Source of the DNA: Planctomycetota bacterium
GTDB lineage: Bacteria > Planctomycetota > JAJSAM01 > JAJVHW01
Direction: 5' to 3'
Length of the DNA stretch: 64,000 bases
Assembly: GCA_965248445.1 (NCBI GenBank)
Contig: CBDFJG010000001.1
Span: 160,001-224,000, forward strand
Every line of letters starts with the position of its first letter. Position 1 is the first letter of the stretch. The position numbers and the translations under genes were made by a program. A model generated the notes under the pieces. The model was not told where the DNA came from, did no database searches, and was given only the letters and a program-made list of their open reading frames with translations. Of the stretch, positions 29,636 through 39,795 are shown in pieces.

Positions 29636-31672
29636 TCATCGATGGAAGCGCCGGAGAGCGTGGCACTGCACGCACGCGGCGTGGTCGTAGGCCGGCCACA
29701 GCACGCTGGTGACCCGATCGGCTTCATCGACCGCCGCCTTGGTGTGGCAGTCTCCGCACGGCACGTCGGCGTGCCCGGCACTCGTGTGTCCGAAGCCCGG
29801 CAGGGCCGCCGTCGTCTTCCGTGCCGCCTTCGACCGTTCGAAGGGGCCCAGCTCGCTGTAGACGAAGAGCAAGCGCCCGTCCTTCCCACGGTTGCCCTCG
29901 AACTCGCGGTCCACGTGGCAGAGCACGCATCTGCCGGCCCCGACGTTCGCGTGGCGGGTGTGACACGCGGTGCAGTCGCGCGTTCCGGGTCGGAACGAGA
30001 CGCGCCCCGTGTCCGCCTCCGGCACGTGGCAGGACAGACAGCCGGACAGCAGCTTCTCGCGCTCGGCGAGCGAGCGTCGCGCGCCGGTCATCGCATCCGT
30101 CGGATCGACCGTGTGCAGGCTGTGGAACATGTCCACCACTGTCCGCGTGCCGTTGCCCGGGAGCGGACGCGGGTCGCCTCCCGAGTGGCACTCGCCGCAC
30201 GACGACGTATCGACGATCTCCACGCCGGCCAACGACTCCGACTTCGCGACAGCGGGGTGGCAGGCGACGCACTGCTCGGAGAAGACGAGACCGGTGCCCG
30301 GCGACGCCACGCCCTTCAGGTGATGGTCGTGGCGGAACGCGAGTTCCACCGGCGTGTCAGTGCGGCGGTCCGGAGTGATGTCGCGCACATGACACGTCCG
30401 ACACTCGTCGTTGCTCATGTCATGCCGTCGCGGCGGCACGGACCACATGCGGCCCGTCGCGGGTAGATCCACGGAGCGCAGATCGACGCCGACGTGATCC
30501 GGCGGCCCGGACCGCGCGTGACAGTCGGCGCACGCCGAGCCGTTGTCATCGCGCCCGTGAACGGGAACGGCCCAGTCAGCGTGACACTCGAGACACCCTT
30601 CGTAGTCAACAATCTTGAAGTCGGACCCCGCGGGGTCGCTGCGTAGATCGATGACCCGCGCCGCGTGACACGCCGAGCATTCGACGGGGAACGCACCGTC
30701 CGGCGCAGCCGCGGGTCCGCGACGTACTCGCGATCGCTGCTCCGCGATGCGGTGTTCCCGGTGGGAGAAGCCGTCCACGACGAGAGCGCGCGTGCGCGGT
30801 TCGCCCGCTCGGTCCCGCGCCGACCGTTCACCGGAGGCGCCTGGCTCGAGGACGCCGTGACAGCCGAGGCAGAACTCGCTCCAGCCGTCTTCGCCAGGGG
30901 CATCGCGTACCGGGATCAGGTCGGCATTCGCGCCGCGGTGGTCCTCGTGGCACTCGTTGCACGGGGTGTCGGCGGCGCGCCCGAACGGATGGAACTGCAC
31001 GTCGTCGTATCCCTCGTGGCAGGCAGCGCACTTGGGCGTGTAGTCGTCGGCGAGGGGATCGTGGCAGTCCGCGCACGATGCGGGCCCCTGCGCGTGCGCG
31101 CCGATCCGATGGTGCCACGCGAGCTCGCCCCGCGACTGCCACTCGGTGTCGATCAGGAACGGGACCGATGCGAATGCGCCGAGACCGAGCGCGCACGCGA
31201 TCAGAACGGAGCAACGGAGCACGGGGGAGCGTCCCCAGCGGTGCTCCTGGGGTCCCGACTCGACCAGGCGGAACGGCCGCGGCGGCTTCGCCTTCCGGAC
31301 AAGGGCATCGACGGCGCTGGATAGGTGCTGCTCGTTCGTCGTGACGGTGCACACGCCCTCTCCGACGTCCACGTCGATCTCGATCAGCGTGTGCCCCACC
31401 TGCACCACGGCGTTCTCCGGGACGCTCGTGCGCCCGTCGACCGCGCGGCCGTCGACGTAGACCCCCGTGAACTCATCGAGCGTCTCGACAGAGACGGAGG
31501 CGCCATCGAACACGAGGGCCGCGGCCTGCTGCGCGACCATGCGATCCGTCACGTAGATGTCGGCGAGCGGACGCGAACCGACGAGCAGCCGTCCACGCTC
31601 GACCGATTCGTCCTGGCGGGCGCGGTTCGGCCGCCCCTTCATCTTCCACTTGAGGACGAAGCGCGGCGTCAC
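29636..31672 (-). CDS. FHA-like domain + TM + 15-heme cytochrome c3-type protein
   Basis: GTG 31672 overlaps the upstream TGA; N-terminal degenerate FHA fold; one TM (VLIACALGLGAFASVPFLI); 15 CxxCH motifs counted, with FxHxxH distal-ligand motifs. Confidence 0.85.
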   Translation of the reverse strand: MTPRFVLKWKMKGRPNRARQDESVERGRLLVGSRPLADIYVTDRMVAQQAAALVFDGASVSVETLDEFTGVYVDGRAVDGRTSVPENAVVQVGHTLIEIDVDVGEGVCTVTTNEQHLSSAVDALVRKAKPPRPFRLVESGPQEHRWGRSPVLRCSVLIACALGLGAFASVPFLIDTEWQSRGELAWHHRIGAHAQGPASCADCHDPLADDYTPKCAACHEGYDDVQFHPFGRAADTPCNECHEDHRGANADLIPVRDAPGEDGWSEFCLGCHGVLEPGASGERSARDRAGEPRTRALVVDGFSHREHRIAEQRSRVRRGPAAAPDGAFPVECSACHAARVIDLRSDPAGSDFKIVDYEGCLECHADWAVPVHGRDDNGSACADCHARSGPPDHVGVDLRSVDLPATGRMWSVPPRRHDMSNDECRTCHVRDITPDRRTDTPVELAFRHDHHLKGVASPGTGLVFSEQCVACHPAVAKSESLAGVEIVDTSSCGECHSGGDPRPLPGNGTRTVVDMFHSLHTVDPTDAMTGARRSLAEREKLLSGCLSCHVPEADTGRVSFRPGTRDCTACHTRHANVGAGRCVLCHVDREFEGNRGKDGRLLFVYSELGPFERSKAARKTTAALPGFGHTSAGHADVPCGDCHTKAAVDEADRVTSVLWPAYDHAACVQCHALRRFHR

Positions 31673-33461
31673 TGCGATCCCAGCAGGTGATCGGGATCGA
31701 TGCGTTCGATCGCGCCGCACGGGCAGTTGTAGATGCACGCCATATCCGCCCGGCCGGCGCACATGTCGCACTTCACCGCGAGAGCCTTCGGCAGCTTCTC
31801 GACCTTGGCTTTCGGTTCCCCCTCGATCTTGCGCGGCTGCGGAGGCGACGCCGGCCGCTTGCGCAATCCGATGGTCCGGATCAGGCTCTCGAACACGGAC
31901 GGTTTCGCGACGGTGGCCGTGACGGCGACGCCAGTCTCGTCGAGTAGCGACTGCATGTGGATCGTGCCGTACGGGCAAGCGGGTTCGCACAGCGTGCATC
32001 CGGTGCACGCGTCGGCGTCGATCTGCACCTGCCCCTGGCGATCACGCGAATCGCACCGAACTTGCACGCCAGCATGCAGTCGGGGACTTTGCAGTTGTAG
32101 CAAGACGAAGTGAGCAGCAGGTCGCCGTAGCGAATCCCCCGTTTGCCGATCCGCGGAATGCGATCGTCGTGCGCCTCGATGCAGCCCGTCACGCACATGT
32201 TGCAGTGCGTGCACTTGCTCATGTCGATCACGAGCGCATCACCCGCCTTGATGACCTCGTGCTCGGTGCCGATCTCGGTCGCGCGCTCGCGCGCCTTCGC
32301 GTCGTCGGGACTTGGGTTCTCCGTCTCGATCAACTGCCGCACCCGCGCGAGGACCGTGGCCTTTACCTCCGGGTGGGCTTCGAGGAGCGCCAGGAACGGC
32401 TCGCGCGGGATGCGCACCAGATCCATGCGATCCACGGCCTCGACGGCCGAACCGCGCGGCGTGTCTCCGAGCAGCGCCAGCTCACCGAAGAACGAGTTCT
32501 CGCAGAGCCACGCGACGATTTCCTCGTCGTCCCCGGTCGTGCGAATCACACGCGCGTGACCCGTGCGAACGAGGAAGAACGCGTCACAGGGCGCTCCCTG
32601 CTCGACGACGGCCTCGCCCTTCTCCGCCACGATCAGCTCAGCGACGCGTCCGATCTCGCGCAGTACGCGGCGAGACAGTCCGCGGAACAGCGCTACCGAG
32701 CCGAGGTGGTTCTCCAGAGCGCGCTCGCGATAGGCGTCGTCGATACGCGTCTTGAACGCGGTGCTCTTTCGATCGCCGTAGCACTTCATGAACACGTGCC
32801 GCGGGAGTTGGAGCACGAGAGCCTCGCCCTCGGCGAGGACCGTTGCGTTGCGAGGCGCGTGCGACATGCAACTCATCTCGCCGAACCAGTTCCCCGAACT
32901 CAGCGTGCCGAGGTAGTTGCGGTCGCCAGCCTCGGCCTTGTAGACGCCGACGGTCCCGTCGAGCAGGACGAAGAACTCCGAGGTGTACTCCCCCTCCCGG
33001 CAGATCTCAGCGCGCGACGAGAACGCGCGGAACTGCCCTTCCGCCGCGACGGCACGAACCATGCCCGGCGTCAGCCCGCCGAAGACGTCGAGCGCCGCGA
33101 GGTGGGCCTCCTGCGATCCCTCCGCGAACGTCGCGGGCTCCGGGGCACCTGCGGCCGCGGGTGGCACCGGCTGCCCCGACGGCTGCGGCAGGCCCGGCGG
33201 TTTCGGAGTGCCCGGCGGTTTGGGCGGACCGGGTGGCGTCGGCGCACCGGGTGAGCTCGGCGGCCCCGGCGGCACTGGGAGCTTCGGGGGTTTCGGCGCG
33301 CCGGACGGCGGCGGCGGTGCCGGGGGCGGCGGCGCGCCTGGAGGCTTCGGTGGACCGGGAGGCGTCGGTGGACCGGGAGGCTTCGGCGGACCGGGAGGCT
33401 TCGGAGGACCGGGGGGACCCGCGCTTGCGTCGTCGGGGCGATCGGCGTCGTCTGCGCCCAC
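31669..33461 (-). CDS. Pro-rich + 2x cNMP-binding + 4x[4Fe-4S] ferredoxin-type protein (frameshift near 32046)
   Basis: FGEMS...PRNAT and FGELA...PRGSA phosphate-binding cassettes; CTHCNMCVTGC and CYNC...CMLAC, then (other frame) CTGCTLCEPACP and KCDMC...CIYNCP. One added C restores GAIRRDRQG. Confidence 0.85.
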
Positions 33462-33462
33462 G

Positions 33463-34521
33463 TCAGTACCAAATCACCTGGAACACGTGCACTGCGATGA
33501 CGCCGAAGAGCAGCAGCGAGAGCGGGATGTGAATCCACTTCCACACGACGAGCATGCGATCCAACCGGACGGCCGGTGCGGTCACCTCCCGCAGGCGGTC
33601 ACGGGACGCTGCCATGACCGCGAGATCGCGAATCAAGGAAGCAGACTCCGGATGGGCCGGAGCGACCTCATCGAGGACGACCGCATTGCGCCGCGCGATG
33701 GCCGCCTGCGAACGCGCCGTCTTGCGCAGCGGAGCCAGTGCTGTCCGCAGCGGTTCGTCGAGCGTGGCGAGGATGCCGGTCACGCACTGGTGATACGTCG
33801 CCCGCGCGACGCCCGCTTCCTCATACGGAATGCCGGGATCGGCGCGTGAGAGCGCCGGAGGCACGAAGCGGTAGGCCACCGCACCGAACACGCCGGAGAT
33901 CAGGATCAGCGACGAGAGTGTGACCAGCGCCCAGCCGACGTGGTGCCAGACCATCAGGTCCGCGTGCAGCCACACCCCAAGGCACGCGGTGACACCGACG
34001 CCCATGTGCGCCTCGAGCCATGCCTCGAGACGTCCCAACGGCTCGCGACGCACGAGCCGTACGACGCGCACCGTTCGGTCCTGCACGCGCAACGCGGAGA
34101 GCGTCGCCCGCTGGGCGCGATCCACACCGTGATGCACCAGCACCTTGTGGGCCGCCTCGAGGACGCGCTCGTCGCTGGCATAGGCACCGGCGAGGACCTT
34201 GCGATTGACGTCCTGCACGCCCGCCCACGCCGCATCGGTCTGCTCGGGTGTGCGCCGGCCCATGTCACGGACCACGCGCAGCTTGATGCACCACTTTCGC
34301 GCGCTGAAGAGCGCCGCGACGATGAACAGTGCGAGCAGGACGTTGCCCGACCAGAGAAACCAGGTTCGCTCGTCGCCGGGTGATCCGCGAGCCGGCAGAG
34401 CCACGAGAGCCCAGCCGGTGGCGAACGGGATCATCGTCAGTGCCAGCCAGAGCCAAGCGCGCGGTCGCCCGAGGAACCGCACACCGAAGCGGCGGCCGGA
34501 CAGAGTGATCGCGTCGCTCAC
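33463..34521 (-). CDS. Five-TM membrane protein, ferric-reductase-like di-heme cytochrome b candidate
   Basis: GTG 34521 overlaps the upstream TGA; two TM helices each carry H-x13-H (HMGVGVTACLGVWLH; HIPLSLLLFGVIAVH). Confidence 0.7.
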   Translation of the reverse strand: MSDAITLSGRRFGVRFLGRPRAWLWLALTMIPFATGWALVALPARGSPGDERTWFLWSGNVLLALFIVAALFSARKWCIKLRVVRDMGRRTPEQTDAAWAGVQDVNRKVLAGAYASDERVLEAAHKVLVHHGVDRAQRATLSALRVQDRTVRVVRLVRREPLGRLEAWLEAHMGVGVTACLGVWLHADLMVWHHVGWALVTLSSLILISGVFGAVAYRFVPPALSRADPGIPYEEAGVARATYHQCVTGILATLDEPLRTALAPLRKTARSQAAIARRNAVVLDEVAPAHPESASLIRDLAVMAASRDRLREVTAPAVRLDRMLVVWKWIHIPLSLLLFGVIAVHVFQVIWY

Positions 34522-36677
34522 TCCCCGAGGTTCCTCAGGTAGCCGCGTGGCTCGCGCCGGTGGCACGTCATGCACGTCCGACCCTGGCCGCCCGGGTCTC
34601 CCTCCGGCTTGTCGATGCGCGGGTCGTTGAACCATGCGTCGGCGAACTGCGGATCGTCGTGGATGCTGCTCGTGACCTTCGCGCGCGTGATCCTTTCCTG
34701 GTACGCCGACCCCTCCTGGTACGACGACCCCTGCTGGTACGACGACCCCGAGGCGGACGAGGACCGCTCGTGACACGCAGCGCACGCGCCCGTGCGGTCG
34801 TGCCACTGCGTTCCCGGCAAGAGGTCGATGTGGACGCGGGTGCGCGGCTGATGCGCCGGAGCCGCGTCCCCGACCGGCCACGCACCGCCGTGGCAATGGG
34901 CACAGCGCGTCGCCTCCTCGCGCGACGCCGCGACGCCGGTGCGCCCGAACTTCTGCGTGTCGGCCGGATCGTGCCCGTGGCAACGCGTGCAGTCCGCAAC
35001 GTCCGCCGGGACGTGGTATCCGGTGTCACCGCCGGGCTCGTGGCAGGTGGTGCAGGGGATGCCGTCCGGCGCGCCGATGTACGTCTTGGCCGAGGCGTGC
35101 GATCGGTGGTCGAACTGTGGGACGACGGCCGAAACCCGCCGCACGCCGAGTTCCCCGGGCAGCGCTCCCGCGTGGCAGTCGAGGCATCCACGCGGATCGA
35201 TGCCGGCCCGAGCTGGGCCGACACGTTCCACGTGGGTGTCGAAGCGGGAGAGATCCTCGCTCCACGATGTCGTGGCTGCCGTCGCGTGGCAACCGAGGCA
35301 CTCCGCTGAGGTCGGGAGATCGCTGACGTGCGGTGCGTGGTCGAACGTGCGCCCGGTAAGGCGCGACGGCACGGTCTCGTTGTCCGCGACGTGACAGTCG
35401 CTGCACGTCTTCCCGTCCGGCTGGGAGTCGTCGACGAGCACCGCACCGTTCGTCGTCACTCCGGGATGCGCATGCACGCCGAACGCGACGGCTTCGACGT
35501 CGTCCCGTTCGACCCGGGCGGTCGCGACGGCGAGGGCGCCGTCCGCCTCGAGATCTCCCGAGTGGCACTTGAAGCAGGCCCACGCGCCGACTCCGTGATT
35601 CGCCACACTCCATGTAGCGTGACACGGCGCGCAGGCGCGGTACTCGATCAGCTCTGCGCGGCCCACCGGCTCGGTCGAATTGCTGCCCGAACCTCTGCCG
35701 GAACCGCTGCGCAGGGGGAAGAGCGAGGCAGCCGCCGCATCCGTCTCCGGGAAGTGGCAAGTCCGGCATCCCGCTGTCACGGCGCCGCTCGTCTCCACGG
35801 TCCCGGCCGGCACAAGATGCGCACTGTGGGGAAAGCGGTCGAACGCGACGTATGGCAACTTGCTCGTCCGGGCGGGCGTCGCCACGCCCGCTAGCGCCGT
35901 ACCCGCCGCGTCGGCAACGTGGCAGGCGGAGCAGCGATCGCGGGTGTCGGTCGCGGGGTCGTAGTCCCAGATGGTCTGACTTGCGCGGATGCCCGCATGG
36001 CAGTCGTCGCACTCCGCCGCCGCGCCGCCGTGATCAGCGTGAAGGAACGGGCGCACGCCCGCGGCCGTCGAGCGCGCTGCCCGGTAGCGCTGTGGGAGGA
36101 TCGACGTCGCGCCCTGGTGGCACGCGGCGCAGCGGCGGCCGTCTCCCGTGACGCCGTCCTGCGTGACCAGCCCCCCGGCGGGTTCATGCTCCGCGTGGCA
36201 GTCCGCGCACGTTCGCGTCCCCAACGCACCCCCCGGCGAGCCGCCGTGACCGCGCGGCCCGAGCCCGCCCGCGGGCACCGAGAACTCGACCCAGTCGTAC
36301 TCGACCTTCATCCGGTGGCAGTCGAAGCAGGTGATCGACTCGTCGCGCAGGTGGGATGCGTGCGGGAATGGCGTGCGCGGACCGTGCGGTGCTGCTCGCT
36401 CGACGACCAGGTGCGCGTCGTCCTGATGGCACTGCGCACACCCACTCAGGTGCGTCTCCTCGCCCCCCGTGTAGTCGTGACACACGCGGCACTCGGAGTC
36501 GTCCGGATCGCCGCGGTCGGCCGCGAACGCTAGCCCGCGGTCGACCGTGGCCGCCGACAGGTGCGGAGCGTGCGGGAAGCTGTACGGGCCCTCCGCGCGC
36601 AGCGTGATCACCGGCACCGTGACCACGACCGCCGCCGCTACGAGAAGAGCGCCGGTAACCGTGATGCGAAGCTTCAT
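34518..36677 (-). CDS. Secreted 18-heme cytochrome c3-type protein
   Basis: ATGA overlap; signal peptide; 18 CxxCH motifs counted; repeated FPHxxH/FDHxxH motifs. Confidence 0.9.
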   Translation of the reverse strand: MKLRITVTGALLVAAAVVVTVPVITLRAEGPYSFPHAPHLSAATVDRGLAFAADRGDPDDSECRVCHDYTGGEETHLSGCAQCHQDDAHLVVERAAPHGPRTPFPHASHLRDESITCFDCHRMKVEYDWVEFSVPAGGLGPRGHGGSPGGALGTRTCADCHAEHEPAGGLVTQDGVTGDGRRCAACHQGATSILPQRYRAARSTAAGVRPFLHADHGGAAAECDDCHAGIRASQTIWDYDPATDTRDRCSACHVADAAGTALAGVATPARTSKLPYVAFDRFPHSAHLVPAGTVETSGAVTAGCRTCHFPETDAAAASLFPLRSGSGRGSGSNSTEPVGRAELIEYRACAPCHATWSVANHGVGAWACFKCHSGDLEADGALAVATARVERDDVEAVAFGVHAHPGVTTNGAVLVDDSQPDGKTCSDCHVADNETVPSRLTGRTFDHAPHVSDLPTSAECLGCHATAATTSWSEDLSRFDTHVERVGPARAGIDPRGCLDCHAGALPGELGVRRVSAVVPQFDHRSHASAKTYIGAPDGIPCTTCHEPGGDTGYHVPADVADCTRCHGHDPADTQKFGRTGVAASREEATRCAHCHGGAWPVGDAAPAHQPRTRVHIDLLPGTQWHDRTGACAACHERSSSASGSSYQQGSSYQEGSAYQERITRAKVTSSIHDDPQFADAWFNDPRIDKPEGDPGGQGRTCMTCHRREPRGYLRNLGE

Positions 36678-37684
36678 CGCGTGACGAGGTACACCACGGC
36701 CGCGATCGCTACCGTCAGCAGAATCAGGACGATGCCGAGCACCCACTTGGACGAACCGACCGCGCGCGCGGACGGCGCGACGGCGGCGATGGCGTCCCGC
36801 TGGCGATGGAGTTCGCACCATTGCGCGGGCGTCAGGAGGCCCCGCTCGACGAGCAGGTCACCGACGTCGCGCTGCTCGTCGCGATGGGCCGCCAGCACCT
36901 CGTCACCCTGATGGACGGTCGCCCGGCCCTGCGCCACGACGTGGCGCACGAGCGCGCCCGCCAGGGGATCCTCCGTGCGGCCGCCGGAAGGTGGCCGCGT
37001 CACGAAGAGGCAGTCCACCGTCCCGAAAGTCACCGGCGTGTGAGGCGGCAGCGTCGTCCAGCCGGAGGTCCGGCTGCCCGCCACGAACGTACCGTTCGAC
37101 GAGTCGAGGTCACGGACCTCGAATCTGCCCTCGGCATACCGAATAGCCGCGTGGCGGCCGGAAATCGACGCGTGCGACACGGCGATCTGGCAGGTCTTTG
37201 CGTCGCGGCCGACGGTCATCTCCATCTCGGTGAGCGGGATGGATCTCCTGTCGTGCTCGGCGGCGATCACGAGGCGGGCCTCGGCCGCCTTGAACCGCGC
37301 GATGGCAACCAGCCCGGTGTGGCCCGCCGCGGGCCCGCCGAGGATTGTCTCTCCTGTCGAGCTGTGGAACTCGGATGCCACGCCATCTGCGGCGTGTGCA
37401 ACGACCTCGACGACCGTTCGCCCGAGCGACAGTTTGTTGCCGCGCGCGAATGCCACGGGATGGCCGGGGCGCAGGCGCTCAGAACCGTCGAGCACGGTCC
37501 CGTTCGTCGAGTCGAGGTCCTCGGCTTCGAGCCCTCGCCCGCGGGGGCGGATCGCGAGGTGCCGTGAGGAGAGCTCCTCGTCGTCGATGGCGACGTCCGC
37601 ACCACGCGAGCGCCCGATCACGACCTCTTGATCGATCTCGCGCTCGTCGCGAACAACCCCCTCAACCGAGATCCGGATGCGCAT
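36674..37684 (-). CDS. Tandem FHA-domain protein with C-terminal TM anchor
   Basis: VIGRS...LSSRH...DLDSTNGT and TVGRD...ISGRH...DLDSSNGT; C-terminal hydrophobic helix. Confidence 0.88.
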   Translation of the reverse strand: MRIRISVEGVVRDEREIDQEVVIGRSRGADVAIDDEELSSRHLAIRPRGRGLEAEDLDSTNGTVLDGSERLRPGHPVAFARGNKLSLGRTVVEVVAHAADGVASEFHSSTGETILGGPAAGHTGLVAIARFKAAEARLVIAAEHDRRSIPLTEMEMTVGRDAKTCQIAVSHASISGRHAAIRYAEGRFEVRDLDSSNGTFVAGSRTSGWTTLPPHTPVTFGTVDCLFVTRPPSGGRTEDPLAGALVRHVVAQGRATVHQGDEVLAAHRDEQRDVGDLLVERGLLTPAQWCELHRQRDAIAAVAPSARAVGSSKWVLGIVLILLTVAIAAVVYLVTR

Positions 37685-37832
37685 CTCTCGGGTCTCGACC
37701 TCCCGTGGCGAGCGCCCCAGGCTGTGCGTGTCGGCAGCGGCTCGTGTCGCCGGTCGGACTTTCTCGGTTCGGCGAGACGCGGCGTGCGCCGAAATGCGCT
37801 CGGGCGACGCTCCCCCATCGTATCCTGCGCTC

Positions 37833-39758
37833 GTGGCGAAGGCGAGACTGACGATCACAGGCGATCAGGCCGAAGCTCGTAACATCGAGTTCGACGGTGA
37901 GGTCGTGATCGGCCGCTCCCCGCGAGCCAACATCCAAATACTCGGAGACCTCGTCTCGAGACAGCATGCCCGGTTCGCGTTCCGCGAGGGCAAGTGGCGG
38001 TTCGAGGATCTCGGCAGCCGGAACGGATCGCTCGTCAACGGGGAGAGCGCGACCGAAGCGATCCTCCGCACCGGCGACGTGGTCATGATCGGCTACGGAC
38101 GCATCGAGTTCGAAGCGCTCGGCGATCCCGGCACCACGTCGATCTCCGTCGACCTCGTGGACGCCGAGGCCTCCCTCGACAGAGCGCTCGTGGCTGAGGA
38201 GGACGACGGGTCGACGAACGCGACCGTCGCACTGTCGTACCAGAACCTCGTCGCCATCAACGAGCGGCTGTCGACGATCGCCCGCATCAGTAGCAACCTG
38301 GCAACCGTTCTCGACCGCCAGGCCCTCCTCGGGCAAGTGCTCGACACGCTCTTCGACCTGTTCGAGCAGCTCGACCGAAGCGCCGTCGTGGTGCGCGACG
38401 ATCTCGGCTCCTTCCGGGTGGACGCAACCCGGCAACGCAGCTCGGCCGACGATTCGGTGATGCGGATCTCGACGTCGCTGATCCAGTTCGTGCAGCGCGA
38501 AGGCAAGGCGGTTCTTTCAGAGGATACGGCGCACGACGACCGGTTCTCCGGCAAGGACAGCATCGTCGCTGCGGGCGGCCGCTCGATCATGTGCGCCCCG
38601 CTCCTCGCAAAGGATGAGTTCCTCGGTGTCATCTACCTCGACACGGCGTCGCTCAGCCAGCCGTTCGCGTTCCAGGACCTGAACCTGCTGCAAGGGATCG
38701 CCGGCCCGATGGCGATCTTCCTCAAGAACGCGGAGCTGATCTCCCAGATCGAGGACGAAACCCGCATTCGGACGAGCCTCTCCCGCTACCTCTCGCCCGA
38801 CGTCGTCTCACAGACCGGCGACGGAACCCTCGACGCGAACCTCGGCGGAGAGATGGTCACAGGAACCGTGATGTTCAGTGACATCGTCGGGTTCACGGCG
38901 ATGGCGGAACGGCTGCCGCCGGTCGAGGTCGTGGACCGCCTGAACCGGTACTTCACGTCGATGCTGCACGCGATCTTCGGCTGGGAGGGAACCGTCGACA
39001 AGTTCGGTGGCGACGCGATCCTCGCGGTGTGGGGAGCACCGCTCGCCAACGCCGATCACGCACGCATGGCGACCGCGGCAGCACTCGACATGCAGGCGCG
39101 CCTGTTCGATCTGAACCTCGCATTGCACGAAGCCGGTGAGCCCAGCATCCGCATGGCGCTCGGCCTGAACTCGGGCAAGTTCGTCGCCGGGAACATCGGG
39201 GGCGAGGACCGCATCGAGTGGACGATCATCGGTGACGCGGTCAACACGGCGCAGCGCGTCGAGGCGCAGGGATTCCCGGGCGGAGTTCTGGTCGAGGGGT
39301 CAACGTGGGACGGACTCGGCGACGACGCCGGCGCATACGCGTTCCCTGCGGTACGCGTGAAGAACCGCGACACACCCGTTCACGTGTTCAGCGTGCGCAC
39401 CCTCCGCGGCCCGCACGGTGTGACCGCAGCCATCCCCGTCATCGTCACCTGGGGCGACGAGGCCGGCGACGGCATGCTCAACGGCGCAGTCCTCGACGAT
39501 CGCGACATCGCCGGACTCCGCATCCACATGGGTGCCGAGCCGGCACTGGGGCCGATCACGGTCTCCGCGATCCTCCCCGAGGTACCCGAGGGGTTGTCGA
39601 TGGACGGCACCGTGACGCACGTCGATCCGCTACCCGGTTCGGAGACCGGGCGAATCGTCACGGTCGAGGTCGAGGAGATGGACGAGGAACTGGGCTGGCT
39701 GCTCAACGCAGAGGGCGCGCGCAACTCGAGCCGCACGCTCGGGGAGATCGGACGATGA
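37833..39758 (+). CDS. FHA-GAF-class III adenylate cyclase
   Basis: FHA (VIGRS, VSRQH, SRNGS); GAF (RSIMCAPL...GVIYLD); cyclase FSDIVGFT, DKFGGDA, WTIIGDAVNTAQRVE with K/T residues typical of ATP specificity. Confidence 0.92.
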   Translation: MAKARLTITGDQAEARNIEFDGEVVIGRSPRANIQILGDLVSRQHARFAFREGKWRFEDLGSRNGSLVNGESATEAILRTGDVVMIGYGRIEFEALGDPGTTSISVDLVDAEASLDRALVAEEDDGSTNATVALSYQNLVAINERLSTIARISSNLATVLDRQALLGQVLDTLFDLFEQLDRSAVVVRDDLGSFRVDATRQRSSADDSVMRISTSLIQFVQREGKAVLSEDTAHDDRFSGKDSIVAAGGRSIMCAPLLAKDEFLGVIYLDTASLSQPFAFQDLNLLQGIAGPMAIFLKNAELISQIEDETRIRTSLSRYLSPDVVSQTGDGTLDANLGGEMVTGTVMFSDIVGFTAMAERLPPVEVVDRLNRYFTSMLHAIFGWEGTVDKFGGDAILAVWGAPLANADHARMATAAALDMQARLFDLNLALHEAGEPSIRMALGLNSGKFVAGNIGGEDRIEWTIIGDAVNTAQRVEAQGFPGGVLVEGSTWDGLGDDAGAYAFPAVRVKNRDTPVHVFSVRTLRGPHGVTAAIPVIVTWGDEAGDGMLNGAVLDDRDIAGLRIHMGAEPALGPITVSAILPEVPEGLSMDGTVTHVDPLPGSETGRIVTVEVEEMDEELGWLLNAEGARNSSRTLGEIGR

Positions 39759-39795
39759 CCGCGGCGACCCGATCGTCGTGGCGCCGGACGGGCTG

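Noticed and set aside
8555..32055. Programmed ribosomal frameshifting at the two frameshift sites (8566 and 32046)
   Set aside because: Neither site has a slippery sequence; both are one-base losses in short G/C runs, typical of sequencing error.
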